A DNA stretch of 64,000 nt from Macrostomum lignano (taxonomy: Eukaryota), in NCBI GenBank assembly GCA_002269645.1, contig NIVC01000251.1:372001-436000 (forward strand). Direction: 5' to 3'. Positions 10,084 to 48,084 of this stretch are shown here, in pieces. Made by a program: the position numbers and the translations under genes. Below the pieces are notes generated by a model. That model ran no database searches and was not told where the DNA came from. It saw only the letters and a program-made list of their open reading frames with translations. The first letter of the stretch is position 1; each line of letters begins with the position of its first letter.

Positions 10084-11928
10084 ATGACTAAATTGCTGCA
10101 ATTTTCTATCTTCTGTCTCGCTCTCGTTGCAATTAACGCAATCCGATTCGATCTGTCGTCAAGACAGTCACTAATCCGTAACGAGCAGCGTCACCGATCC
10201 AGGGTCAGGGGATTCGGACTTAACTCGAATTCTCCCCACGTGATGAGGATGCAGCAATCGCTCAAGTCGCAGGTGGTACAACAAAATGATTTTGACATGC
10301 TGATAAAATATGAGCATCAAAGAAATCATCGAAAAAAATCAGCAGATGATTATGTGTCAATGGCCAGCATTGTCTACAAGAATGGCAAGTTTCAAATTGC
10401 CGCCAACATCTGGGCAGATGACGCGTTAGCCTACGGAATGTTGGCCCGTTCGCTCAACAGTACCGGCTGGGACGTGCTTGACATCGTGACTACCATGGAC
10501 AAGTCGTTTAAGAATGACACAGCCGTGATGTACGCTGCTGGATTGCTTGAAGGCTACCTAACAGCCGATCGCATCGCCCTGATGTACCAGAACTCGATTG
10601 CGACCGAATTTCCGACTGAGCAAAGCCGAAAAGTGCTACTGCCGAAAGTTCGCAATTTTCTAACGCGCCAGTACAAATGGGCCCGATGCTTTGCCGCTGA
10701 GAATCCGAAGTCTGCTTTTCATAGGCACACAGGATTTGTCATGACTCAGCTTGAAGGACTCATCGATGGCTATTTGGCTAGTAACGATTCAGTAGTACGA
10801 GATCCGTTTGTGCTGCTCATGCTCAATGCAGCTGGAGATCTTGGCGACATCAAGACTGCGCTTAACGACACTAAACCCGATTTCTTTGACCGAATGTCCA
10901 ACGACGAATTTCGAAACTATGTACAATCAACCGGTCACTGCTCGGCTCTCATCAGGGTAACGCCGGGCCTAGAACGTCTGTACATGGGGCACTCAACTTG
11001 GTCTTCCTACTCAACAATGCTAAGAATTTACAAGCACTATCAAGTGAATCTGTCAGATCCGGAAGCCGCAAGTCGTGGAATGTCCTTTTCCAGCTATCCC
11101 GGGTGTCTAGTGTCCATCGACGATTTCTACATTCTCGACAGCGGTATGGTCATGCTGGAAACTACAAATAATGTGTTCAACGTGTCGCTATTTAAAACAG
11201 TGAAACCTGAAAGTCTACTCTCGTGGCAGCGAGTCCGGATCGCCAATCAAATAGCACAGAACGGTAGTCACTGGGCTTGGGCGGTTAGCCAACAGAACTC
11301 GGGGACCTACAACAATCAGTACATGATAATTGATCTCAATCGAATCCATCCTAATGCGTCCATCGATGACGGAGCGCTGACTGTCGTGGAGCAGATCCCG
11401 ACTCTGGTGGTGTCTTCGGACCAGACGGGCCTGCTGCGCACCGGCTATTTCCCTTCCTATAACGTGCCGTTCCACGAGACGATCTACAACCTGAGCGGCT
11501 ACCCGGATGTGGTGAAGCAGCGCGGCCTGGACTTCTCCTACCAGATGGCGCCTCGAGCGAAAATCTTCCGCCGGGAGGCACCTCGAGTCTTCGACGCAGC
11601 CGGCATGGCGGCCGTCCTTCGCTTCAACGAGTTCGCCGACGATCCGTACTCCGAGGGCGACGCGTGCAACAGCATCTGCTGCCGGAGAGACCTGAGACCG
11701 GCTGGAAAAGACGCCGCACCGTCGGGCTGCTTGGACTCAAAGTTCACAGATCTGGACATGGCCAAGTACATGACTAGCTACGCTATCAGCGGGCCTACAA
11801 CCGGCAGTTCAAGTCGGAAGCTTCCACCCTACGCTTGGAGCCAGTTTTTGAACGTCAGCCATATGGGACTGCCGCCTGTTTACAACTTCAGCTGGGTGAC
11901 AATGAGCCCCACTGTTCTGCTCGGATGA
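10084..11928 (+). CDS. PLBD1: Phospholipase B-like 1 (lysosomal Ntn-hydrolase), intronless, 614 aa
   Basis: Signal peptide MTKLLQFSIFCLALVAINA; GHCSALIRV autocleavage/nucleophile Cys; MLRIYKHY, FSSYPG, NSGTYNNQYM, EQIP, SYNVPF, APRAKIFRR, ICCRRDL, AISGPT all follow the PLBD1 rather than PLBD2 pattern as recalled. Confidence 0.93.
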   Translation: MTKLLQFSIFCLALVAINAIRFDLSSRQSLIRNEQRHRSRVRGFGLNSNSPHVMRMQQSLKSQVVQQNDFDMLIKYEHQRNHRKKSADDYVSMASIVYKNGKFQIAANIWADDALAYGMLARSLNSTGWDVLDIVTTMDKSFKNDTAVMYAAGLLEGYLTADRIALMYQNSIATEFPTEQSRKVLLPKVRNFLTRQYKWARCFAAENPKSAFHRHTGFVMTQLEGLIDGYLASNDSVVRDPFVLLMLNAAGDLGDIKTALNDTKPDFFDRMSNDEFRNYVQSTGHCSALIRVTPGLERLYMGHSTWSSYSTMLRIYKHYQVNLSDPEAASRGMSFSSYPGCLVSIDDFYILDSGMVMLETTNNVFNVSLFKTVKPESLLSWQRVRIANQIAQNGSHWAWAVSQQNSGTYNNQYMIIDLNRIHPNASIDDGALTVVEQIPTLVVSSDQTGLLRTGYFPSYNVPFHETIYNLSGYPDVVKQRGLDFSYQMAPRAKIFRREAPRVFDAAGMAAVLRFNEFADDPYSEGDACNSICCRRDLRPAGKDAAPSGCLDSKFTDLDMAKYMTSYAISGPTTGSSSRKLPPYAWSQFLNVSHMGLPPVYNFSWVTMSPTVLLG

Positions 11929-12167
11929 GGAGCGCTCTCATTTGGTTAATTTGCAATCAATGCTATTCACTGCACCACTTTTTATGCATGAATCAATCAA
12001 AATACGTTTTAATTTGCATTAATGTGAAATCTGGAAATACATTAGCGATTCGATAAATCGCGCATCTCGAATTCAGTAGATATTTTGGCTTAACAATAAT
12101 AGTTGGAAAATAGTTGAATAGTAAAATAACATGAATTATCCATAAAATATATGATAAAAAGAATATG

Positions 12168-12420
12168 AGTTGTCAAGGCTTACTGGGGGAATTGCAAAGA
12201 TGTCAAGACTTACTGGGGGAATTGCTGAGATGTCAAGGCTTACTGGGGGAATTGCTGAGATGTCAAGGCTTACTGGGGAAATCGCTGAGACTGAGACGTC
12301 AAGGCTTACTAGGGGAATAGCTGCAATTTCAAGGCAATTACTGGGGGGAATTGCGTAGATGTTAATGCTTACTAAGGAAATTGCATGTTTAGGTTGTCAA
12401 GGCTTACTAGGGGAATTGTT
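12168..12420. repeat. 30-bp minisatellite (TGTCAAGGCTTACTGGGGGAATTGCTGAGA), ~7 degenerate copies
   Basis: Visible tandem units. Confidence 0.85.
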
Positions 12421-12575
12421 TATGTGTCAAGGCAAGGACCACTGGGACTGTGGATTATATTGGACTATATTCGTCGCTTAAATAGTACTTCAGACTTATG
12501 TCAAAATATAATTTACTGCTGTGGGTCATATTGTAGACCAAATGCAATTGCCTCAAGAATTGCCATATCTTTATA

Positions 12576-13950
12576 CGAGGGTTGTTCGGAAAGTCCGCGA
12601 TCAAACGTATCTAACAGATTAACGGATTGAACAACTGTAACGCTACTCTTCCTGCTTCTCAACGTAGGCACCCTTGCGATTTATGCACTTGTGCCACCTC
12701 TCAGGCAATTAACTTCTCGATGCCGGCAGCATAGAAATCGGCAGGTGACCCCCTGACCCACTGGCTGATGGTCGGTGCCAGGGTCTGTAGAGAGCTGTAC
12801 TGGCGACCTCGGGGGGGGGGGGGTTTATCTCCCCGAACAGCCAGAAGTCACTGGGTGCGAGGTCCGGCAAGTAGGGCGGGTGTGGCAGCACCTGCACAGA
12901 AGCCCAGGTCCAAAATGGCAGCCATTGTTGCCTGGCTAGTGTGCGGCAGCTGGCATTGTGCTGAAGCAGGATGCCACGGCTCAGCTTGCCACGCCGCTGG
13001 GCCTTGATGGCTTCACGCAACTTCTGCAGGACTTGGATGTAGTACTCACTGTTGATTGTGGCACCACGGGAAAGCCATTTGATGAGCAGAATATACCCTC
13101 CTTGTCCCAGAAGACGGTGGCCATTTGCTTGCCAGCTGAAGGTCCAGTCAGGGCCTTGACAGTTGTGGGCTCATGGCTGTGGCCTTCCGCACACTGCTTT
13201 GCATATTTGGACTCTGGCTCGCTATAATGGAACCAGGATTCATCCCCAGTCACAATCGGGTCCAAAAAGTTGGGATCACTGCGATATGACTGGAGGAGCT
13301 GCCGGCACACCTGGACCCGCTCTCGCTGCTGCTGGTCAGTCAGAAGTTTCGGGACCCAACGAGCAACAACGCGCGTCATACATGTACCAAGCTCAACCGT
13401 CAGTATTGAGTAAATGGCCTTTGATGAGATGCCAATAATGGTTGACAACTTTCGCACTGTGGCTCGGCGGTCAACATCCAGAGCACGACGCACAAGCTCG
13501 ATGTTTGGCCTGTTGACCGTGGTGGCAGGCCGGCCGCTCTGTCGAAGGTCATCGACTGTCTCCCAGCCGTCTTCAAAGCGCTGCACCCACTTGTTGACCA
13601 TGGTTTTTGATGGTGCACAGTCACCTCGTTGCTTGCTTGCAGCTAGTGAAGAATTTCTGCTTGTCGGTTTCCTTGTTTCCCTTGATAATTTATCCCGCTT
13701 GGAGTAAGACATCCGAAAGGAATGTCTTGGTTGTCTGGAAAAAGAGAATGAGGAAATAGACTACGCAGATTCCAGCATGCAGCTGTAGACTTGAAAACTG
13801 GTGGATGGTCAGCTTAAACTTTCTACACATTCTCATACATCATAGATCAAAAAAGAGACCTGCATTTACTTCTGAAGAGTCAGGGTCGAAAAAAGAAAAC
13901 CGGCCTTCTAAACTTTTTGCACAAATTTGGTGTTGCGCGTCCTTTTACGC
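12576..13950 (-). mobile_element. Decayed mariner element; transposase pseudogene with frameshifts
   Basis: TA|CGAGGGTTGTTCGGAAAGT terminus at 12576; minus-strand motifs SGRP, ARWVPKLL, VTGDESWFHY, PHPPYLPDLAPSDFWLF, GIEKL split across frames. The other TIR is not clearly identifiable, so the right end is approximate. Confidence 0.85.
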
Positions 13951-15190
13951 TCGTAGTGTAGTCCATTTGTGCCAAGTATTAGGGTGAGCCAAAAGTTTTT
14001 GGAATTTTTTCGAATCGAACTTTCAGTTAATTTTTGTCTATGGAAAAGCTTAAAAGCAGCAACCGTCTACTATTCTGTTGGCCAGCCTTATCATCACTCT
14101 TTAGCTTAGCATTGCTCAGTTTCCCAGACCCTGCCTACTTACATGTAAGCCAGCAAACGCATTCAATGGAACTGCCCCAAAGGGGTGGGTTTCACAACCG
14201 CGAAACTTCATAACCGCTAAAATTTTTGCACTTACTTTCATATACAACAATCTTTTTAGCGGTTGTGAAATTTCGCATTTGTGAAAGCAACCCCTGCCAA
14301 GAACTGAATGGCGAGCAATTCTGCTCAGCCACTTTCATGCGGGACGCAAAGCAGCCGAGGCACATCGCGAGTTGTTGCAGCTGATGGGCCCACATGCACC
14401 CGCTTTGCTGAGGAGAACCATGAGCTGCAGGACAAGCTGAGGTCAGGCCGACCCCCTGCTGCTGATGGCGATGCCGTTCTCCAAGGCCTTGAGGAAAATC
14501 CGGACTACAGCGTGCGCAAGCTGTCAGCTGCTACTGGGGTGTCCTGTGGCACGGTCCGGCGGAGCCTGCATGCTGCGGACAAGGTGGCAAAGAAGCCAAC
14601 TCTGGTGCCCCATGAGCTGACGCCTCAGCAGCTGAGAGCCAGGGTGCATGTGGCGACTTCGAATCTTCACCAGGCCGGTTCGCCAAACTTTCTCAAGTCG
14701 ATAATCGCTCAAGACGAGAAGTGGGTCTGCTGTATATGAGAACCCAAGCACATCAGCCGTCTGGGTCGATGCTTCGAACCACCCAGCTGCCCAATGCGAA
14801 ACAACCACTGCGGCAAGGAGCTGCTGCTCTCTTTCTGGTTCTTCTCGTCTGGCCCTGTTTTCTTGGAGGTCATCCCGCAAGGCATGGCTGTGAACGCGGA
14901 GGTGATCTGCAGCGAACTGGAGCAGGTCGTCCGTTTGCTGCGATCCTTGTGCCCGGGGCACTGCGAAAAGGTGCTCCGGCAGCTCTTCGACAATGCGCGG
15001 CCTCGCAAAGCAAGACTCACCCAGGCCAAGCTGGAAAGCCTGGGCTTCAGTGCTTTGCCCCACCCACCAATGCTCGCCAGACCTCTCGCCATGCGATTAC
15101 CGTGTTCAGATCCCTCCAGAGCTTTTTGCAATGGACAGCGGTTCGCCAACAAGCAACATGTGGAGCTGGCGGTGCAGAAATGGTATATTC

Positions 15191-16046
15191 CCCATTTATA
15201 CCAGTGCTAAGGCACAGGGGCGTAGCCAGAGGGGGGGCAAGGGGGGCCGTGGCCCCCCCCAATCAACCAACTCTGGCCTTGGCGCCCCCCCCTAAAAGAA
15301 ACTGGCGCCCCCCCCCTATAAGAAACTGGCGCCCCCCCCCTATAAGAAACTGGCGCCCCCCCCCCCTAAAAGAAACTGGTGCCCCCGGCCCCTCCTAAAA
15401 GAAACTGGCGCCCCCCCCCTAAAAGAAACTGGCGCCCCCCCCCCTAAAAGAAACTGGCGCCCCCCTCCCTATAAAAAACTGGCGCCCCCCCCTAAAAGAA
15501 ACTGGTGCCCCGGCCCCTCCTAAAAGAAACTGGCGCCCCCCCTAGCCCCCCCCCCTAAAAGAAACTGGCGCCCCCCCCCTATAAGAAACTGGCGCCCCCC
15601 CCCCTAAAAGAAACTGGCGCCCCCCCCTAAAAGAAACTGGCGCCCCCCCTAAAAGAAACTGGCGCCCCCCCTAAAAGAAACTGGCGCCCCCCCTCCCTAT
15701 AAAAAACTGGCGCCCCCCCCCTAAAAGAAACTGGTGCCCCCGGCCCCTCCTAAAAGAAACTGGCGCCCCCCCCCCCCCCTAAAAGAAACTGGTGCCCCGG
15801 CCCCTCCTAAAAGAAACTGGCGCCCCCCCCCTAAAAGAAACTGGCGCCCCCCTATAAGAAGCTGGCGCCCCCTAACTCACGGCCCCCCCCCAATCAAAAT
15901 TCCTGGCTACGCCCCTGCTAAGGCAATAAATGCTTGAGTGACCAGTTTATTGACCGAGGCGAAGCCAAAGCTGGGGGATGCAACTGGGGGTCAATAAACT
16001 GGTCACTCAAGCATTTAGTGCCTTTGTTAGCACTGGTATAAATGGG
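15191..16046. mobile_element. Hairpin MITE with CCCATTTATA...TATAAATGGG termini (piggyBac/MER85-like ends)
   Basis: After removing the inner insertion, ~55-bp arms are nearly perfect inverted repeats around a ~35-bp spacer. Flanks are TATA-like, not a clean TTAA, so the superfamily call is tentative. Confidence 0.7.
15215..15917. mobile_element. Non-autonomous hAT-like element with an internal ~27-bp minisatellite
   Basis: 15-bp TIRs CAGGGGCGTAGCCAG / CTGGCTACGCCCCTG; perfect 8-bp TSD CTAAGGCA (15207-15214 and 15918-15925); interior repeats CCTAAAAGAAACTGGCGCCCCCCC. Confidence 0.9.
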
Positions 16047-18290
16047 TATATATACCATCTTGATTCAAAGCCTACGAACTTCTGGAGGGGATCGAGGCAT
16101 TGCCAGCAAGATGGGAGAGGGTCAGGGCCTTGAATGGCAACTACATCACATCGCTGTAAACTGTTTGTTCTTGACACTGTTTTGTTACAGTTTTCAATTA
16201 TTCAAATTCCGGAAACTTTTGGCTTACCCTATACAATAGGATTCACAAAAAGTTTACGTCGCTTGTTTTTTGGGCGGGGCACTACTAGATTATTGCTAGT
16301 AGTCTTATAACTATTGTAGTTGCATTTACTTGTGCGTACATAAATTACCGGTGTTAATAATATGCAGCAATGTCTATAAAAAAGTCAAAAAAGAAAGTGT
16401 GCTAGCAATAAAAATCGTTTAAAATATATACGTTTCATGTAGAATTACGGTATTTGCTTACTTATTTTAGTAAAGATCAGTTATTTGTTTTAATCTTTAA
16501 AAGCGCGGCGTTATACTGCTTTTCAAAGAATACCCGAAGAAACAAGTTCTTTTCAAATTTTCTGGCATGCCAAATTTTTCCGATATCCTTATATAGATGT
16601 AACTCAAAAATGGGATAGAATTTGCGAAGAAATCTTTTAGTTAAATTTATTTTTACGTATTGTCTACCAACCTTGATTTTAAAGTATAGAGACGCTCATA
16701 ATCCACCTAATAAAATGAATAAGTGCCTTAAGTAAGTGCCTGGTACGAGTACACAAACTTTTATGTCACAACTCTTATGATGTATTTTTGGCAAAGGCAA
16801 TTTTTTGGTATTTTTTACTTTAATGCATGACTAAATTGGACTACATAACTGTACCTAAAATAGCAATTAATTCTAAGTTAACAAGTTAAGAAGTTTTATT
16901 TAAACAATGTAAGGTCAGACCTATTTTAGGATATTAGGATCTGGATTAGGCTAAGACAAACAACAAATTATGCAATTAGGCCTATTTATTGCCTTTTAGG
17001 CTTAAAGTTTAGCTTATAAGCTATTGATAGGATACAAATGTTTATGTACCACAACCTAGCTTTAACACTGAAAAAAGCAATGTTAAAGATATAGTGTATG
17101 AATCTCTGTCCCTCACCAGCCAGAATCTAGAAAACAGCCTATAAACATTCATGTATATAGAAATAATAAAATATATTTGGAAATCTAAGTTGAATTAAAA
17201 AATAATGACATATTTTAGGTCAATTTTGCCAAAAAGTTATGTCCTCATAGTCAATAGTCATACACTAAAAATATCTTAATCTGTTTCTGCCTTGATTGTA
17301 TGCATATTAAGGACCCTTGTATGTACCATTGATATAGGTAGTTTGGATTCCTTATTAGTATACTCTGGGTTTGGTGGAGGAAAAAGTATAGGATCATTTT
17401 TAGTTTTCTACCGCCAACCTTTATATCTTCGTAGTTATAGCCATACTAAATTTTATTATGCTATCTCTATAGCCGCTATTTGTTATGTTTTGTCAAACCT
17501 CTATATTCCAAATTTTCTCATAGCCATATTAAAAATTAGAAAAATTAATCAAAAACCACTAATTTCCAAAGTGAAAAGCAAAAATGTAAAGCCAAAGTAA
17601 AAGCAAGATCAAGCAAAAAGCAAAAAATTCAAATTTAGGCCCCCTAGTAATTTATAGAGATTTTAATATAATGTATTTAGTTTGTTACAACAAATAAGAA
17701 TGCATTTTATGAGAGATAGCCAATAGTGTATCTATTTATTTAGCCAAGAATATAAAAATTTTAATGAAAATATCTTTTCCTTACAAAAAAAAGAATTTAT
17801 ATTTAATTTATATTGTTATAGGAAATTATGTATAGTGCTCCAAATCTCCATAATCTATAACTGTAGCCACCAATTGGCAAGATCTCTGTAGCTGCAATCT
17901 GTAACCAAATTTTGCTTGAAAAAAGTGACACCAAATTTTCCCGTAACTGTAACCATAATTATAGTAGAACACTTTAGAATCACTTTTGTACACTAGGATA
18001 AAAAATGTTTTCAAATATGTATGTTGAATTGAAGTTGTACACTTTTTCATTCTTGAATTCATTATTCATACAAAATAACAAACTTAAAAATTATACCCTT
18101 TTGCAATATTCACCAAGAAAAGACAATTATAAAAAGTATTTTAAATCTTTTATTTGTTAAAAATTGAAAAAAAATAAGTTTTTAGGGCACAAAGTTTAAT
18201 TTTTTTTATTATTGTTGTTCTATATTGATAGTGTTGCATATAGCATATTCTATGTAAAGTCATTTTATTTGATCTTAACATGCAAGTATG

Positions 18291-18689
18291 TAGAGGTCGG
18301 ACGGGATCCCGATCCCAATCCCAAAATCTCGGGATCCCGAGGAAAATTGAATTCCCGCGGGACCAGAATCCCGACCCTAAAAAAGTTGAGATTCGGGAAC
18401 AGGTCTTTCGATTAATAATTTATAGAATTAGTGATTACTTAAAGGTATTTTGCTTCAACTTGTACTCGTTATATTATTTACTTTGTTGGTTACAAAACTT
18501 CATATCAATTTCGTTGTGTTTTACTTCTTGATCTTGACAATCTTTTCTCAATTTTGTTTAACTTTACATGGACAATACACTAAAAGACCTGATCCCGATT
18601 CCCGAATCCCGATCCCGATCCCGATCCCGAGAAAAAAATTATTCCCGATCCCGATCCCGCCCGAAGATTTCAATCCCGTCCGACCTCTA
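18291..18689. mobile_element. hAT-type MITE (399 bp)
   Basis: 17-bp TIRs TAGAGGTCGGACGGGAT / ATCCCGTCCGACCTCTA; 8-bp TSD CAAGTATG (18283-18290 and 18690-18697); subterminal GATCCC hexamers. Confidence 0.92.
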
Positions 18690-19388
18690 CAAGTATGCCA
18701 TAGATATAAGCAAAAAAATTTCCACTGTGTCATGTATACTGATATATGTTAAAAATGGCAAGTACCTTTGTTGTATACTTGAAAATCCTGGCATACATGT
18801 TGCCTTCCAAACTATGTTATATGTAACATGATTGTGCATTGAGTGCATTGGGGATCCCTTGTGTGTGCTATGATTGTGCTGTGCAGTTATATCTTGGACT
18901 TAGACTGCTTGTAGGTGCTATACAAGAATTTTCTTTGGCAAAGGCCACCTTCTTGACTATGGTTAAAACTTGAATAAAAATTTAGATTAAATATTAAAAA
19001 TTATGTTTACTCAAGTATAAGGTTAGGGTTTGCAATTAATTTGTTGTAGTCAGTTACTATTGATCTACTGAATTAGGCGTAACTATTAATTTATGATTTT
19101 ATTCTTAATTGATAATTGTTATTGAAGTTACAAGAAGGCAAGGCAGTTACTTTTAATTATGAAAGTCTTATAATATATATTTAGAATTATGAAATTTTCA
19201 TCAAAATATTTAAAGTACAAGATATTTTAAATTGAAATTCTAATCTTGAGAGGTCAACAAAATAATGAGTATCAAATAAAATGGTTGCATTAAACAAATG
19301 TCATTTAAATCAAACTGTCTGTTTGAATACCTTATTTCAAATCAATGTTTAGTCTTACACACTGACTCCTTTCTATCCTATGATTTAG

Positions 19389-45331
<25,943 letters not shown>

Positions 45332-45379
45332 CTGCTTCAAGCGAGTGGGTTTGATGTTTTGCTATGATCTACTTCTCAT

Positions 45380-46340
45380 ATGAGATCTCACCACGATCTC
45401 TCATTGTCTCACCCTACTCTCCTAGTAAATCTCACCCCGATTCTCTCATTGTCTCACCCTACTCTCCTAGTAAATCTCACCCCGATTTTCTCATTGTCTC
45501 ACCCTACTTCTCTCCCAGTAGATCTCACCCCGATTCTCTCATTGTCTCACCCTACTTCTCTCCTAGTAGATCTCACCCCGATTCTCTCATTGTCTCACCC
45601 TACTTCTCTCCCAGTAAATCTCACCCCGATTCTCTCATTGTCTCACCCTACTTCTCTCCTAGTAAATCTCACCTCGATTTTCTCATTGTCTCACCCTACT
45701 CTCCTAGTAGATCTCACCCCGATTTTTTCATTGTCTCACCCTACTTCTCTCCTAGTATATCTCACCCCGATTCTCTCATTGTCTCACCCTACTCTCCTAG
45801 TAAATCTCACCCCGATTTTCTCATTGTCTCACCCTACTTCTCTCCAAGTAAATCTCACCCCGATTCTCTCATTGTCTCACCCTACTTCTCTCCTAGTAGA
45901 TCTCACCCCGATTCTCTCATTGTCTCACCCTACTCTCCTAGTAGATCTCACCCCGATTCTCTCATTGTCTCACCCTACTTCTCTCCTAGTAGATTTCACC
46001 CCGATTCTCTCATTGTCTCACCCTACTTCTCTCCCAGTAGATCTCACCCCGATTCTCTCATTGTCTCACCCTACTCTCCTAGTAGATCTCACCCCGATTT
46101 TCTCATTGTCTCACCCTACTTCTCTCCCAGTAGATCTCACCCCGATTTTCTCATTGTCTCACCCTACTTCTCTCCCAGTAAATTTTACCCTGATTCTCTC
46201 ATTGTCTCACCCTACTTCTCTCCTAGTAGATCTCACTCCGGCTCTCACTCTCACTCTCACCTTACTTCTCTCCCAGTAGATTGTACCCCCGATTCTCTTA
46301 TTGTCTCACCCTACTTCTCTCCTAGTAGATCTTACCCTAA
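45380..46340. repeat. 45/48-bp minisatellite just downstream of the ARHGAP39 stop
   Basis: GATTCTCTCATTGTCTCACCCTACTTCTCTCCTAGTAGATCTCACCCC units. Confidence 0.92.
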
Positions 46341-46919
46341 TTCTCTCACCCTACTTCTCATGAGCAGTGTCACTACACAGTTTCATGCTGACACTTATGA
46401 AGCTACTTGAAAGAAACCATTTAATTTTAAAATATTTTCCCTACCTCAAAATCCTTTCCTTCATTCTTAAAAATAATTTCAAAAATCTTGCGCTAACTCT
46501 GCTTTCGAATATTGCAGTAAAACAATATTTACTTATTTTTTTCTTCAATATGCCTCTGTGTACTTGTATTTCTGTTTCTTATAAATTGCTTACTGCGTGT
46601 GGCACTGTCTTCTTTATAACTAATATTGTGATAGGCTTGAAGCTTTGGTTGTCTAGTTTGTTTTAATTAAGAAACTTGAGTAGTATTAATTTCGGAATTT
46701 GCCAGTTTTTTGTCTACTTTAACACTGTAAACTTTCTCGTGCGTAATTTCTACTTTCAATAGTGCTTTTTGTGCACCTTGATTATTTGTTATTATAAGCG
46801 AATTACCTGCTGACGACAATAGTTAATTATATGATTGTCTAGTCTGATTTTATCCATTCATACCAATCACTTCAAGGTTTATCGGGTCCATGGCTCTTCA
46901 CCCTTTCACTCTAAAGTGT

Positions 46920-47530
46920 GACTCTACTTCTCATTCTACTTTTCAATAAGCTTCCTAATCTACTGCTCATTTTATTTGTCGCTCTACTTCTCATTCTACT
47001 CCTGATTCTACTTCTTATTCTACTTCTCATCCTACTTCTCATTCTACTTCTCATTCTACTCCTGATTCTACTTCTTATTCTACTTCTCATCCTACTTCTC
47101 ATTCTACTTCTCATTCTACTTCTCACTCTACTCCTCCTACTTCTCACCCTACTCATAATCCTACTTCTCACCCTACTCATAATTCTACTTCTCACCCTAC
47201 TCATAATTCTACTTCTCACCCTAATTCTCATTCTACTTCTCACCCTACTCTTAATTCTACTTCTCACCCTACTTCTCATTCTACTTCTCACTCTACTCCT
47301 CCTTCTACTTCTCACCCTACTCCTAATTATACTTCTCACCCTACTCCTAATTATACTTCTCACCCTACTCCTAATTATACTTCTCACCCTACTCCTAATT
47401 ATACTTCTCACCCTACTCCTAATATACTTCTCACCCTACTCCTAATTCTACTTCTCACTCTACTTGTCGTTCTACTTTTCAATCTACTATTTATTATACT
47501 TCTCATTCTACTTCTCATTCTTCTCATTCT
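46920..47530. repeat. 12/24-bp minisatellite (CTACTTCTCATT)
   Basis: Visible tandem units. Confidence 0.9.
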
Positions 47531-48084
47531 ATATCCCATTCTACTTTTCGCTAATTTGCTAATCACCTCATTTGAGTCATTCCATTTAGTTAACCGCGCT
47601 TTCTCTCTCTCTCTCTCTCTCTGACTTCTTAAAGCGAAAAAAATTAATCAAAATGGAATGCTTGTCTTTAATCTTGTCAATCTGTTATTCCTAACAGCCT
47701 TTTTCTAGTTATCACTAGCTTAAGTAACTGCTGATTAATACTATCAAATAATGATATAGTTCGCGTTGTACTTATGGAACATTAGCTGTAATACTGCCAT
47801 TACACGGGGCACTGTGGTGTTCTTTTTGATTGACATATTGCAAATCAATTTCTACCGATGCGCTTAACTGCCTACTGATAGTATGGACATAAATATATTC
47901 AGAACTAAATATTTGCCTTTATAATAATCGTAAATATATAACTTGTATTTCTGGCGCTCATGAAAGTAGAGCGATTATGCAGTTTGATGATATTGTATAA
48001 TATTGTTAAACTGCTTGAATTTCACCTTTCTTGTTACTTTTGAATTGCTGCTTTCATTGGCTGCACTGGTAGCTTATCTTCACG

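Larger units (their letters stand above)
13979..16231 (+). mobile_element. Decayed mariner element interrupted by nested insertions
   Basis: TIRs TAGGGTGAGCCAAAAGTTTTTGGAATT (~13980) and AATTCCGGAAACTTTTGGCTTACCCTA (~16205-16231); fragments RSGRP, LVPHEL, IAQDEKWV, FDNARP, PHPP, ...VQKW | LDSKPTNFWR..IEALPARW..NGNY resuming after 16060. Confidence 0.88.

Noticed and set aside
5318-13955. 10-bp inverted match TACGAGCGTA / TACGCTCGTA that would enclose the NHL and PLBD1 genes in a Pack-type transposon
   Set aside because: Only 10 bp, with no extended TIR similarity; compatible with chance or unrelated mariner-like ends.
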